Assembly: GCA_016931935.1 (NCBI GenBank)
Contig: JAFGDW010000160.1
Location: 2,918 to 66,917 of the forward strand
Direction of reading: 5' to 3'
Length of the DNA: 64,000 nucleotides
Origin: Candidatus Zhuqueibacterota bacterium
Lineage (GTDB): Bacteria > Zhuqueibacterota > Zhuqueibacteria > Thermofontimicrobiales > Thiofontviventaceae
Shown here: piece by piece, positions 21,501 to 30,926 of the stretch
Layout of the letters: each line of letters begins with the position of its first letter
Numbering within the stretch: position 1 is the first letter of the stretch
The notes under the pieces: model-generated
The model's database searches: none
What the model was told of the DNA's origin: nothing
The model's input: the letters and a program-made list of their open reading frames with translations, nothing else
Program-made: the position numbers and the translations under genes

Positions 21501-24500
21501 GTCGGACTTGAACCTTTAATCATTGATTCTGTTGTAGTAAATGGTGCGGATTCAGTGGCATTTACACGAATGGCGGCAATCGGTGGTTCAATTCTACCTG
21601 GTGACAGTCTGCTGACGACTGTTGAGTTTCACCCGCAACAAACTCGTGGCTATAGAGTGAACTTAATTGTGAACAGCAATGCATTAACCAATCCTGACAC
21701 GCTGGAACTACGAGGCCAGGGTATTTGGGGTGAATTTAGCTATTGGCCAGACTCTCCCAATTTTGGCAATGTCCGCGTGGGTTCTACAAAAATTGATTCA
21801 TTCTACGTGAAAAATATCGGTTATGCACCATTAAATGTACAAAAGTTCCAGGTGAATTCAGAACTGGATACTATTTTTAGAGTAATTGATACCCTGGCAA
21901 TAACGTTAGCACCTAATGATAGCCAGGCGGTGCGCTGCTCGTTTAAACCGGCTATTGCCGGATCAGTTACGGGATCGGTTACCGTAACGAGCGATGCTCT
22001 CACAAGTCCTGATATTATTTATATTCGAGGAACAGGTGTACAGCCTGTTATGCAATTATCAAAAACTTACATCAATTATGGTAATGTATTTCTTGGTCGC
22101 ATGGTCCCCGAAGCGGTGACTGTATATAATATAGGCACCGATACATTGCATGTCGGTCCAGTTGGTTTTTCAGGGGATAGTCTTGGTTTTACAATGACTA
22201 CACCAAAGACATTTTCAATTGCGATGGGTGATTCAGAAACAATAAGAATTCGTTTCGCACCCCAGACTGTACGAAATTACAATGCATACCTCAATGTTTA
22301 CAGCGATGGCGGCAGCTCAGTTATTGAATTGATTGGCGCCGGTATTATTGAACAGGCGAGCAACGAGGGTTTAATTGCATTTTATCCGTTTGATGGTAAC
22401 ACACTGGATGTTAGTGGTAATGAACACCATGGTACCAATCATAGCGCCACGTTAGTTAGCGATCGGTCCGGGCGGGATTCTTCAGCATATCGATTTAATG
22501 GAAGTAGTTATATCATTATTTCGGATTCATTAAAATCGACTGACATTACAATATGCGCCTGGGTGAATCCGAGCCTGATGTCCGTTCCGTGGATGCCAAT
22601 TATAAGCTATGGTAATAATGGGCATTTGTTAGCAATTGATGAAACTGGGCATATTGTAGCTGGTGTTCAGGGCAACAATGCATCTTTAATAACTAGTAAT
22701 GATAGTTTAGCGCTAGGTAGTTGGGCATTTGTCGCTGTCACCCGAGATACTGACAATGTTGTTAGTATTTACTATAACGGTCAGCTTGATATATCGGGCA
22801 TTTCTTCATCATTGCCGAGTTTTCATTATACGCCGAATATTGGCCATGATCCATCATCATATACTTTTCAGAATTTTAGAGGGGATATCGATGAAGTCCG
22901 TATTTACGATCGGGCACTCACTGCAGAAGAAATCGATATTGTTTATAATTATTCCCCGGCTGAACCGATCCTTTCTGTCAGTCCGATCATGTTAAATTTT
23001 GGCAATGTGTCTATTGGGACCCAGAATTACCGGGATGTTCGGATCACCAATATTGGACAGGATACCCTTATTCTGGCCACTCCAACATTCGCTAATGGGG
23101 CCGCCTTTTACATTTCCGAACTTCCGGATCCATTTCGTTTATTACCTGCAGACTTCCATGATATTCGTGTGTATTTTTCACCCTCCGCAATACAGTTATA
23201 CTCGGATACTCTGAATATTAGTAGCAATGGTGGTTCACAACAGGTTCTGCTGATGGGAACTGGAACTTCGGCGTCAGCATTGTACTTCCCATATTCAACC
23301 ATCAGATTCGATACGGTAGAAGTCGGGTACATTTCAGCAAGGACGTACACCATTACCAATATCAGTGAAAGCGCGGTTCAATTTTCCAGTATTAGCATTG
23401 CAGGCACAAATACATCCGTCTTTGGAATTAATACAGTGCTTACGTATCCTTATATACTCGAGCCGGATAGCAATTTGACGCTGGTATTAAATTATTCTCC
23501 CAATAGCGTAGGCGTACATATGGCAGAATTAATTTACACATCAAGCGCGGAATCCAGCCCGGATTCCATTCAGTTGTACGGTTATGGTACGGTAACGGGA
23601 TATGCTACTCCAGAGATTACGTATGATACAACGGCTGTCGCTCCCGGTCGGAATTTGACATTTAATGTCACACTACCTATTGGATTTACTCCGACTGCAC
23701 AGCATCTTTATTATCGAATAGCCGGGGATACAGCCTGGACACATCTGCTGATACCTCTAACGCAAGCTACGGGAACAATTCCGGCAAGCGCCATAACCAG
23801 TCGTGGTGTTCAATACTATTGGGAAATGACAGATGGCACACGTACAATTACCTACCCGGCGCACGATGTTCAGGACTACCCTGCGTTTGTTGAAGTGCAT
23901 GTCGCGCGTTTAGTGAGTGGCGCACGTTTGGAACCATTGAAATACAAGATGATTTCAGTGCCGTATGAAATCGCGCGTCCCAATGTTACGGACGTTTTGT
24001 ATGATGATTATGGGGCATACGATATACGCAATTACCGAATTCTTCGCTGGAATGAATATGACTCGAGCTATGCAGAGTATATGATTCCCGACTCACTAGA
24101 TGAGTATTCATATGAGAATTGGTATCATTCATACGCCTTATATCCGGGATATGCTTATTGGTTAGTAACACGAACAGGCACTGCATTCGACATAGAAAAT
24201 GCTGTCGCTCATGCGTCGCCATATCCGTTTCAGATTTTCCTGGAACCGGGCTGGAATATGATGGCTGATCCGTTTCCATATCCAATCAGCATCGATAACA
24301 TCGAAGTTGATACCACACAGATCTCCAAACCAATTTTTTTTGATGGTTCCCAATATCTATACGACCGTCAGGTGATGATGCCCTGGGAAGGTTATTTTGT
24401 CTACAATTTTAGTGAGACTTATCAGTATGCTTCAATATTGCCGATCGCAGTGAACGCGGGCATGTTCAAGGAAAATGTTCGGGCGACACAAACACGCGCC

Positions 24501-25244
24501 GGTGAATTTGTTCTGCAAATTAGTGCACAGATACCTGAGAGTGATTTAATCGACTCGCAAAATTTTGTCGGCTTTAAAAAGGATGCGGAAGACGGATTTG
24601 AGCGGATGGATTATCCTGAAGCGCCGCCGATTGATGATGTGCTGCGACTGTCAGTTATGGAGAAGAAAATCAGATTGGCTGGCAGCTTTAAATCCATTAA
24701 TCCGGAAGGCCAATATTGGGATGTTGTCGTATCGACTTCAAAACCGATGCAAAAGCCCGTTATGTGCACGCTGACAGAATTTGGTGAGCGTTTGCCCGAT
24801 CAAAATATTTATATTCTTGATAAAGATTATCAGTGTGCGCTGCCCGTCAGGAGTGAACAATTTGTCGTGTACCTGAGTAAGGAAATACCGGTTCGACACT
24901 TCCGAATAATTATCGGAACTGAGAACTATGCATCGGCAAATAGCGAGAGCATCCCGCTGGCGCCGTTGGTGTACCAACTCGATCAGAATTATCCCAATCC
25001 GTTTAATCCAACAACAACAATTCGCTATCAACTGGCAATGCGCAGTCACGTGACGATTGAAGTGTTTAATATGATTGGGCAAAAGATACGCACACTGGTC
25101 AATGAAACGCAAATGACTGGTCAACACACAATTCGCTGGGATGCGCGTAACGATGACGATTTACAGGTTGCCAGCGGTGTTTATCTGTACCGCATTCAGG
25201 CAGGTGAATTTGTCGCATCGAAAAAGCTGGTATTAATCCGGTAA
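18582..25244 (+). CDS. Giant T9SS cargo: LVIVD repeats, two-component-regulator-type beta-propeller, multiple ASH/choice-of-anchor-D Ig domains, LamG domain, C-terminal sorting domain
   Basis: GLRIVDVSNPAAP repeats; NSGLPNNNV..WFATFGGG repeats; repeated LNFG.V..I.N.G..L..V.F.P modules; AFYPFDGN..FRGDIDEVRIYDRALT; NYPNPFNPTTTIRY..KKLVLIR. AGGAG RBS. Confidence 0.88.
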   Translation: MKRFLHIWGGILLAILSVSNLFAQLPDMQDLGVWNGRCQTVAVQGDRAVAGSDSFLTVLNLKQTPEFEVLAEVNLHSVIEHVQVLDTLVYAALGDSGMQIYTIKDLANIREIGRFSRSRAHHIRVIDNIAYVAAMNDGLRIVDVSNPAAPNELGNYIPETEIYDVSIVGNTAFLAAGYVGMYAVDITYKETPSYISVHYTPGDAYEVEVLNTRAYIANTFGGLRIVDVSAPGNMLELGFYEGPKNATSLKVFDRYAFVTSVDSGLFVIDTSNPAAPSEVMFVPTDSSASFVHWADHRIFVADGGGGLHAMRLMANAQLIPSVLNFQETYLTNSDIILQKIKNTSQFHLVLDSVQIEGANSDQFAVGNFPGANTVINPGDSLSLNVMFEPTNQGRQVAQLRLFSNSIGPDVTQLAGQGMSDYWTIYNQSNSSLLINNYYDIDVDGNGRVMAVGLGDGAGIADLNGTTWMIWNTQNSNLENNNVICVEADHDRNVWWFGTSGGGLTSFDGQQWQTWTTATGGTIPNDTVTAVSIDSQHRVWMGFISGDVAMFNPDSAVWHILNSADILDSPIQTLAVNPLNGVVCVGSQNGAALFTAFGQAWQTFTTSNSGLPNNNVIDIAYGPDGYAWFATFGGGVAEFDGIHWNVFNKLTNGIASDSVMSVEIDGGNNVWLGHLFHGITLMDKLGDIQIFNAFNSGLPLNDVRTIAFADSATKWIATNGGGIARYNELRGTLEPHVLITRNSLNFGDLGVGQTGRMSTIVVNTGNTKLNISSVVLDGLNPTDFTLFQTDPFSVPYGGTYQLDVQFNPSAAGPKTAFIQLNDNAPSNPDIINLSGNARGGEVTFIPDSINFGNIPQDTTKTDTFYIVNSGLAALNINSLQVIEPNPGIFTTNTQFTATLSPGDSATISVTFSPQFAGTVNGAGIIVNSDSYMAPDTIRLYGAANAPETAYSPNGLNFGQVLVNSVKLDSIYIRNVGLEPLIIDSVVVNGADSVAFTRMAAIGGSILPGDSLLTTVEFHPQQTRGYRVNLIVNSNALTNPDTLELRGQGIWGEFSYWPDSPNFGNVRVGSTKIDSFYVKNIGYAPLNVQKFQVNSELDTIFRVIDTLAITLAPNDSQAVRCSFKPAIAGSVTGSVTVTSDALTSPDIIYIRGTGVQPVMQLSKTYINYGNVFLGRMVPEAVTVYNIGTDTLHVGPVGFSGDSLGFTMTTPKTFSIAMGDSETIRIRFAPQTVRNYNAYLNVYSDGGSSVIELIGAGIIEQASNEGLIAFYPFDGNTLDVSGNEHHGTNHSATLVSDRSGRDSSAYRFNGSSYIIISDSLKSTDITICAWVNPSLMSVPWMPIISYGNNGHLLAIDETGHIVAGVQGNNASLITSNDSLALGSWAFVAVTRDTDNVVSIYYNGQLDISGISSSLPSFHYTPNIGHDPSSYTFQNFRGDIDEVRIYDRALTAEEIDIVYNYSPAEPILSVSPIMLNFGNVSIGTQNYRDVRITNIGQDTLILATPTFANGAAFYISELPDPFRLLPADFHDIRVYFSPSAIQLYSDTLNISSNGGSQQVLLMGTGTSASALYFPYSTIRFDTVEVGYISARTYTITNISESAVQFSSISIAGTNTSVFGINTVLTYPYILEPDSNLTLVLNYSPNSVGVHMAELIYTSSAESSPDSIQLYGYGTVTGYATPEITYDTTAVAPGRNLTFNVTLPIGFTPTAQHLYYRIAGDTAWTHLLIPLTQATGTIPASAITSRGVQYYWEMTDGTRTITYPAHDVQDYPAFVEVHVARLVSGARLEPLKYKMISVPYEIARPNVTDVLYDDYGAYDIRNYRILRWNEYDSSYAEYMIPDSLDEYSYENWYHSYALYPGYAYWLVTRTGTAFDIENAVAHASPYPFQIFLEPGWNMMADPFPYPISIDNIEVDTTQISKPIFFDGSQYLYDRQVMMPWEGYFVYNFSETYQYASILPIAVNAGMFKENVRATQTRAGEFVLQISAQIPESDLIDSQNFVGFKKDAEDGFERMDYPEAPPIDDVLRLSVMEKKIRLAGSFKSINPEGQYWDVVVSTSKPMQKPVMCTLTEFGERLPDQNIYILDKDYQCALPVRSEQFVVYLSKEIPVRHFRIIIGTENYASANSESIPLAPLVYQLDQNYPNPFNPTTTIRYQLAMRSHVTIEVFNMIGQKIRTLVNETQMTGQHTIRWDARNDDDLQVASGVYLYRIQAGEFVASKKLVLIR

Positions 25245-25277
25245 ATTTACTGATAAATCCCGGGGGAAGAAGTTTCA

Positions 25278-25304
25278 ACCGGCAGCTTTCGAAAACTGCC
25301 GGTA
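25278..25304. repeat. Short palindrome between cargo and beta-barrel genes
   Basis: ACCGGCAG-ctttcgaaaa-CTGCCGGT. Confidence 0.5.
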
Positions 25305-25340
25305 AGCGGTTGTACATGAACAATGACGGAGTGAATCATC

Positions 25341-26420
25341 ATGCAGATTTTTCGAACATCACTTATTTTTATTATGCTACTGTTTTTAGCGATATCCGGA
25401 TTTGCCCAAAGCGGTTACATCATTCCTCAGCAACGCATGATCCAAATCCAGCCAATATTTCAGAATTGGACAATGGACGATACATTATTCCATGAAATGA
25501 GCATACCTATTTATTTCTATTACCCTATAAATCGTATTATGAGCGTAAACTTGCAAACAAATCAGGCATCGGCTTCGGGCAATAAAGATGAATCCCTGAG
25601 TGGAATAACGGATATTCAAATAGGCTATAATTACTATTGGGAAAAGTATAATCTTGTTTTCAATGTTGGAATTAATTTGCCGAGCGGGAAGAAAGAGTTA
25701 ACAGCATTAGAATTTAATTCATCAGTGAAATTGAGTCAGAACCAGTACAATTTCCGTGTTCCAAATTTTGGTCAGGGATTTAATTTCGCTCCGGGCGTGA
25801 CCTGGGCATACACGATGAATGATGAACTTGTTCTTGGTGCAGGAATGTCGTTTCAGTACAAGGGAGGCTTCAAACCAGCCGTTATGTATACTGAACCGTA
25901 TCAGCCAGGGAGTGAATTTTTGCTGACCGGGGGAGTTGATTACAAATTAAGCCCCACTGCGGCAGTCTCCGCAGATATGATTTTCATTACCTATGGGACA
26001 GATAAAGTGGGGGGGACTGAAGTATTTGCCTCCGGTAATATGGTAATCACGAATTTCCAGCTCCGAAAATATTTTGGCTATGATGAAATTTATATTTTTG
26101 CCCGTTATCGTACCAAAGGGAAAAATGAGGCGTTAGGCATAAGTATCAGTACACCAAAGCAAGCAGAAGCGACGATTACGTACCGGAAACGGATGAGTCA
26201 GGCGCTCTCACTTGGTTTCGTTGTCGAAATGCGCGGCTTTAGTCCGTCGGATGTCTCAAATGGCGTGGATGTTCGAAGCCTGGGCCTTGCACCTCAATAT
26301 GTCGTTTCACCAAAATTAACTGTTCCAATGAAAATTCGCTATATGCAAGCAAGCTTCCGAGATACGGGCCAGGTTGTCACCGGATATGAAATTGGGATTG
26401 GTGCACAGTATGCGTTTTAG
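25341..26420 (+). CDS. Putative outer-membrane beta-barrel protein
   Basis: Signal peptide, alternating beta-strand pattern, GINLPSGK motif, terminal YEIGIGAQYAF (C-terminal Phe). Confidence 0.7.
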   Translation: MQIFRTSLIFIMLLFLAISGFAQSGYIIPQQRMIQIQPIFQNWTMDDTLFHEMSIPIYFYYPINRIMSVNLQTNQASASGNKDESLSGITDIQIGYNYYWEKYNLVFNVGINLPSGKKELTALEFNSSVKLSQNQYNFRVPNFGQGFNFAPGVTWAYTMNDELVLGAGMSFQYKGGFKPAVMYTEPYQPGSEFLLTGGVDYKLSPTAAVSADMIFITYGTDKVGGTEVFASGNMVITNFQLRKYFGYDEIYIFARYRTKGKNEALGISISTPKQAEATITYRKRMSQALSLGFVVEMRGFSPSDVSNGVDVRSLGLAPQYVVSPKLTVPMKIRYMQASFRDTGQVVTGYEIGIGAQYAF

Positions 26421-26532
26421 TGAGAAAACATAACAGACATCTGGTTCCGTTACAAAAAATTATATTGTCTTTTTCAGAAATTTTAGCTAACTTGGATTCC
26501 CAGCTACAGCATAAATCAGGAGGTGGGAATCC

Positions 26533-27513
26533 TTGTTTCGTTTTATCCGCATACTCTATATTCTTCTCTGTTTTACATCAGCATCATATGCACAGCAGCT
26601 AAGCTTACGTACATCTGTTCGTGGCTACGAATCGGGCATGACCATGTCTGCCGGACTCTACAAAGCGTACATCAATGGATTCTTCTGCTTCAGGAAACTA
26701 AATTCCACACCTATTTTTCATCCCAAACATGAAAGTGCATTATATCGATGGTTGATACTAAAATCGTTGACGCCTCATTATATTGTCGTGCAGGCTACGG
26801 CTTATCCGACCGCAATGAGCAGTAGTTATTTGGAAACCTATCATGTCGATCGTTACCGGCAAATTGAGTTGAATGGCTGGAATTGGTTGCATTCCTTAAG
26901 TGGGAATGCTGAAGAACCGCACGCATTTTCCATATTATTAGGTAATTTTGCTTTTATGGGGTATCGTGAGTCGCTGGAAAACGGAACAACACGCTTGCGT
27001 CAATCCGGATCAGGCATGGCGGGATTTCTTATAACAACAGGTCCCTGGCACATTCTCGACAATATCCGGATTGATGACCGCTGGTGGCAGGCAGAGCTCA
27101 TCCTTACCGGTTTGTTGAATGAGGAACGGGTCCGCAATATGCAATGGAATTTTCGCGCTGGTATAAAATGGCACGATCATCCATTGCTTAAAGATGTGAT
27201 TTTGATTTCGCTTTTCCGTGATTACACCGACTGGCGTGGCTGGACGTGGTCATTGATGCGGAACAGTACATTCAATTATGAAGCACAATTTCCTCTCCGC
27301 CTGGATGGACGACGTGGCAGATTTTCAAATCGACAATTGCTGACGTTTGCCAAAAAAATCCCGTTCACAATTGGGCATCGAAATGTAGCATTCCGATTTG
27401 GTGGGGGTGTATTGTTGGAAGTGGTGCGAAAATACGATCATGAAATGCGTGAATTTGAACTGCAGAATCAACGCCAATTAATTTGGTTAATTCAGCCAGG
27501 GGTGGAGTTCTGA
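26533..27513 (+). CDS. Hypothetical exported/outer-membrane protein
   Basis: TTG start after AGGAGG; signal peptide; aromatic-rich; ends LIQPGVEF. Confidence 0.6.
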   Translation: MFRFIRILYILLCFTSASYAQQLSLRTSVRGYESGMTMSAGLYKAYINGFFCFRKLNSTPIFHPKHESALYRWLILKSLTPHYIVVQATAYPTAMSSSYLETYHVDRYRQIELNGWNWLHSLSGNAEEPHAFSILLGNFAFMGYRESLENGTTRLRQSGSGMAGFLITTGPWHILDNIRIDDRWWQAELILTGLLNEERVRNMQWNFRAGIKWHDHPLLKDVILISLFRDYTDWRGWTWSLMRNSTFNYEAQFPLRLDGRRGRFSNRQLLTFAKKIPFTIGHRNVAFRFGGGVLLEVVRKYDHEMREFELQNQRQLIWLIQPGVEF

Positions 27514-27679
27514 TTTTTTTGCAGAGCGCATAGAGCAAAGCGCATGGCGAGTTCCTTGCCCAGTTTAGTTAATGATAAATTATGTAACATGGAATTAGTG
27601 ATGGCATCGCTTAAATTATGATCTTTCATGAAAATATGTATTATCTATCGTTACTATTTAGTCATTGGCGATGCGTCGG

Positions 27680-27743
27680 CTGAGCCTGTCGAAGCCAACG
27701 ACATACTAAAATATTGAGTAAGTGTTGCCTTCGACAAGCTCAG
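27680..27743. repeat. REP-like inverted doublet in convergent intergenic region
   Basis: CTGAGCCTGTCGAAG (27680-27694) and CTTCGACAAGCTCAG (27729-27743); same family as the cargo in the 53954 MITE. Confidence 0.7.
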
Positions 27744-27805
27744 TCAACGTAGGTATCCGTAGATCTTTTATAAATTACATGACTGAATAGTCACTATCTA
27801 TCATC

Positions 27806-29638
27806 CTATTTCAGTACTTCTAGCACCTCCAGCGCAAGTTGATGTCTGCCAAACGGCGGCATTAAATACACGCCTTGTACTTGCGGTCGAATTTCCTCCA
27901 GCATCTGCCGGGCAACTTCAATTCCAATTTTTTGTTGAGATTCCTTATCTGATGCCCGTCCCATCCGGTCGCGGATCGGTTGTGGAATTTCCATACCCGG
28001 CACCTCGTTGTGTAGAAATTCAGCATTACGGAAACTGGCGAGCGGCAATATTCCTGCAAGAATAGGCACATTAATGTGGGCAACTTTATCCATAAAACGA
28101 TCAAAATAACGCATATCAAATAATGGCTGAGTCAAAATATATTGAGCGCCGGCATCAATTTTTTGATGGAGCCGATTGATTTCCTCATCAAAATTAATAG
28201 CGCCTGGATTGGCGCCTGCTCCGAGAAAGAAACTTGTTCCTTTTTCGATCGGATTGCCCGCCAGATCATTCCCGTTGTTCAGATTACTGGCAATACGCAA
28301 CAGGCCAATGGCATCGACATTGAACACTGCGGTGGCAGTCGGATAGTCGCCAAGCTTGGGCGGATCGCCGGTAACGCTGAGAATGTTGCGCAGACCAAGC
28401 GCGGCTGCGCCCAATAAATCCGATTGCATGCCGAGTATATTGCGGTCGCGGCAGGTGTAGTGTAAAATCGTATCGATTTTAACCTGTGATTGAATCAGCG
28501 CCGCTAATGCTAACGGACTCATACGGGCGCTGGCGCGCGGACCATCGGGAATGTTGACAGCATCCACGCCGGCATCACGAATCATCCGGCAACTGGTCAG
28601 CACTTTGGTGACATCCGGGCTGCGCGGCGGATTAATTTCAATACAGGTAACGAATTTCTGTTCGCTCAATTTACGGTGCAATTCGGATTTTATTTCTGCA
28701 TCCGATGATTTTTTTACATCGATTTTCTGTGAAACCTGCACCGATTGTGTCGTTGTTTCAGCGGGACGCAGCGCTTTTACTGCGGCCTTAATCGCTCGTA
28801 TGTGCTCTGGTGTCGTACCACAGCATCCACCGACAATACTCACCCCGGATTGAATGAAGCGTTTGGCATATTCGGCAAAATATTCCGGTGAGGCCATATA
28901 AATCAAGCGGCCTTCAACAAATTTGGGCATTCCGGCATTGGGCATGGCAGACAGCTTCATCGACGTGAGTTTTGCCATTTCCACAATTTTTTCAAAAATT
29001 GGTTGCGGACCGGTACTACAATTCACGCCGATGGCGGCAAGCTGATATTGATTCAAACGTTCAACAACCTGTGCAGGGGTCACGCCGTAAATCGTGCGTG
29101 CATCATCGGAAAACGACACATGGGCGATGATGGGTTTTTCAGATACAGATTGTACAGCCTGAATTGCAATTTCAAGCATGGTTAAATCACAAAAAGTTTC
29201 CAGGAGGAATACATCGACATTGCCATCGTGAAGCGCTTTTGCCTGCTCTGCAAATGCATCATGTGCTTGCTCCTGCGTGATCGTGCCGAGCGGCTTAATC
29301 GGCCAGCCGAGCGGGCCAATCGATCCGGCAACATAAGTTTGATCCCCGGCAACTTCACGAGCAAGGTGCGCACCTTTAAAATTTATATCGTATAAACGGT
29401 CGTCAAGTCCGTGCGGAGCTAATTTAAACCGATTGGCGCCAAATGTATTTGTTTCGATAATATCAGCGCCTGCTTCAATGTAGGCTTTATGAATATCGGC
29501 TACGGTTTTCGGTTGCGACAGATTGAGTTCATCGAAGCACCGATTGATATAAACGCCTTTTGCATAAAGCATTGTCCCCATGGCGCCGTCCGCAACCAAT
29601 ATTTCATTCTTCAAGCGTTCGATAATGGAAGTTTTCAT
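27806..29638 (-). CDS. Bifunctional homocysteine S-methyltransferase / methylenetetrahydrofolate reductase (YitJ-like)
   Basis: DGAMGTML, GVNCSTGP, GGCCGTTPEHI (Zn ligands), then MTHFR domain HYTCRDRN, TGDPPKLGDYP, KIDAGAQYILTQP. Confidence 0.92.
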   Translation of the reverse strand: MKTSIIERLKNEILVADGAMGTMLYAKGVYINRCFDELNLSQPKTVADIHKAYIEAGADIIETNTFGANRFKLAPHGLDDRLYDINFKGAHLAREVAGDQTYVAGSIGPLGWPIKPLGTITQEQAHDAFAEQAKALHDGNVDVFLLETFCDLTMLEIAIQAVQSVSEKPIIAHVSFSDDARTIYGVTPAQVVERLNQYQLAAIGVNCSTGPQPIFEKIVEMAKLTSMKLSAMPNAGMPKFVEGRLIYMASPEYFAEYAKRFIQSGVSIVGGCCGTTPEHIRAIKAAVKALRPAETTTQSVQVSQKIDVKKSSDAEIKSELHRKLSEQKFVTCIEINPPRSPDVTKVLTSCRMIRDAGVDAVNIPDGPRASARMSPLALAALIQSQVKIDTILHYTCRDRNILGMQSDLLGAAALGLRNILSVTGDPPKLGDYPTATAVFNVDAIGLLRIASNLNNGNDLAGNPIEKGTSFFLGAGANPGAINFDEEINRLHQKIDAGAQYILTQPLFDMRYFDRFMDKVAHINVPILAGILPLASFRNAEFLHNEVPGMEIPQPIRDRMGRASDKESQQKIGIEVARQMLEEIRPQVQGVYLMPPFGRHQLALEVLEVLK

Positions 29639-29778
29639 GATGAATCCTGGTGATTAATTTAATAACAATAGGTCGAAAACCAATTGATTTTCGATTGATA
29701 CAGACAAAATAAATAGTGCTTGAACGAAAGCTGGTGCATTTATACTTCTTACGGATTAGTTTGTAACATGCGGATATT

Positions 29779-29811
29779 ACCGATGCCATCGCTTAGAGCG
29801 ATTGCATCGGT
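29779..29811. repeat. REP-like palindrome upstream of YitJ-like gene
   Basis: ACCGATGCCATCGC-ttaga-GCGATTGCATCGGT within a longer imperfect inverted repeat. Confidence 0.55.
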
Positions 29812-29975
29812 TTAGCTGGGTTACATTCTAAGCCATAGCAGGTATACACTAAGCAGTATCGAAATATGACAGAGTAAAAACGACTTCTCATCTTTTGCTC
29901 AAGGATGAAAAAAATGAGGACTTTTCGTTCAACCAAAATAATTCCAGCAAGCAGTTAATATAACAAAAAGTTGTA

Positions 29976-30494
29976 CTACAATGCAAGTAAATGTTTGTGA
30001 ATATATGACAACAAAGCATGCGTGACAAGCGCCACAAAAATGCCAGTGACGATTGCAGAGATGGAGAGAATGGGGAGCAAATAAAATATACCTGAATGAT
30101 GCATTAATAGTAATGCAACAAGTGCCAATTGAGTCACGTTATGACTGACAGCGCCAATAATTCCAATTCCGATAATGCTGAAGGTTTGAGGCAACAACTT
30201 AAGAAGGCTGAACATCATGAGTGTTGCGGATATACTTCCGCCAAACGACAGAAAAAATGTCGGATTAAACAAAGTGCCGGTAAACAGTGAGCCAAGACAA
30301 ACGCGGAGTATGGCGACTATTAGCGCCTCTGGAAGCCCGAAAAGATACAGTGCTGCAAGTGTAGACATGTTGGCAAGTCCGGGCTTTAGCCACGGCAGCG
30401 GGCGCGGAATGAGCATCTCAATCATGAAAATGATGAGACCTACTGCCACGAGCAATGCAATCCAGGTGAGTTTTCGATTTCGGGAAATTATCAT
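29976..30494 (-). CDS. Gx transporter family protein (often labelled heptaprenyl diphosphate synthase component I)
   Basis: IEMLIPRPLPWLKPGLAN, LSFGGS, SIIGAVSHNVTQL-type motifs; about five TM segments. Confidence 0.85.
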   Translation of the reverse strand: MIISRNRKLTWIALLVAVGLIIFMIEMLIPRPLPWLKPGLANMSTLAALYLFGLPEALIVAILRVCLGSLFTGTLFNPTFFLSFGGSISATLMMFSLLKLLPQTFSIIGIGIIGAVSHNVTQLALVALLLMHHSGIFYLLPILSISAIVTGIFVALVTHALLSYIHKHLLAL

Positions 30495-30499
30495 AGGGA

Positions 30500-30892
30500 T
30501 TATTCTGTGATGATATCAAATCCGGATTGAGATTCAGCAGTAATACGTACGGAAATACGGTTGGGCACACAAACGAGAATATCGCCGGGACGCCTTATTG
30601 TTCCGGATTCCATGCAATAATGTCTTGGACAGGGGGAAGAAATAATGCTGACCTCGTGCCGATGTATACTAATAGTTGTTTCCCCTAAAAGACCCTGAAA
30701 AGCATATGTACCATCGTGATCGAGCGGGACTTTTTTAACAATTGTTCCGTTGATTTCAACGATAGCTGTGTTACCTGTTTGAAGGCAAGCATCGCGTACC
30801 CAAAAGCTGCCAGAACTCAATAAAATCAGTACGATGATCAGGATAACATCGCCAGTTGTCCAGGGTTTTTTGATTGTATAGTTGTTATTCAT
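30500..30892 (-). CDS. NusG domain II-containing membrane-anchored protein
   Basis: GDVILI TM anchor; SPCPRHYC..G.I..PG..LVCVPNRISV. Start taken at ATG 30892. Confidence 0.82.
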   Translation of the reverse strand: MNNNYTIKKPWTTGDVILIIVLILLSSGSFWVRDACLQTGNTAIVEINGTIVKKVPLDHDGTYAFQGLLGETTISIHRHEVSIISSPCPRHYCMESGTIRRPGDILVCVPNRISVRITAESQSGFDIITE

Positions 30893-30926
30893 GCCCGACA
30901 GTACAGTAATAAGCAAAGAAAATAAT

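Noticed and set aside
29640-29975. SAM riboswitch upstream of the YitJ-like gene
   Set aside because: No SAM-I core sequence was recognised on the minus strand; only a REP-like palindrome is visible.
29976-30494. Heptaprenyl synthase component I as prenyl donor for the Rv3378c-like enzyme
   Set aside because: It is an integral membrane Gx-family protein with no DDxxD motifs, lies 18 kb away and sits in its usual NusG-II context.
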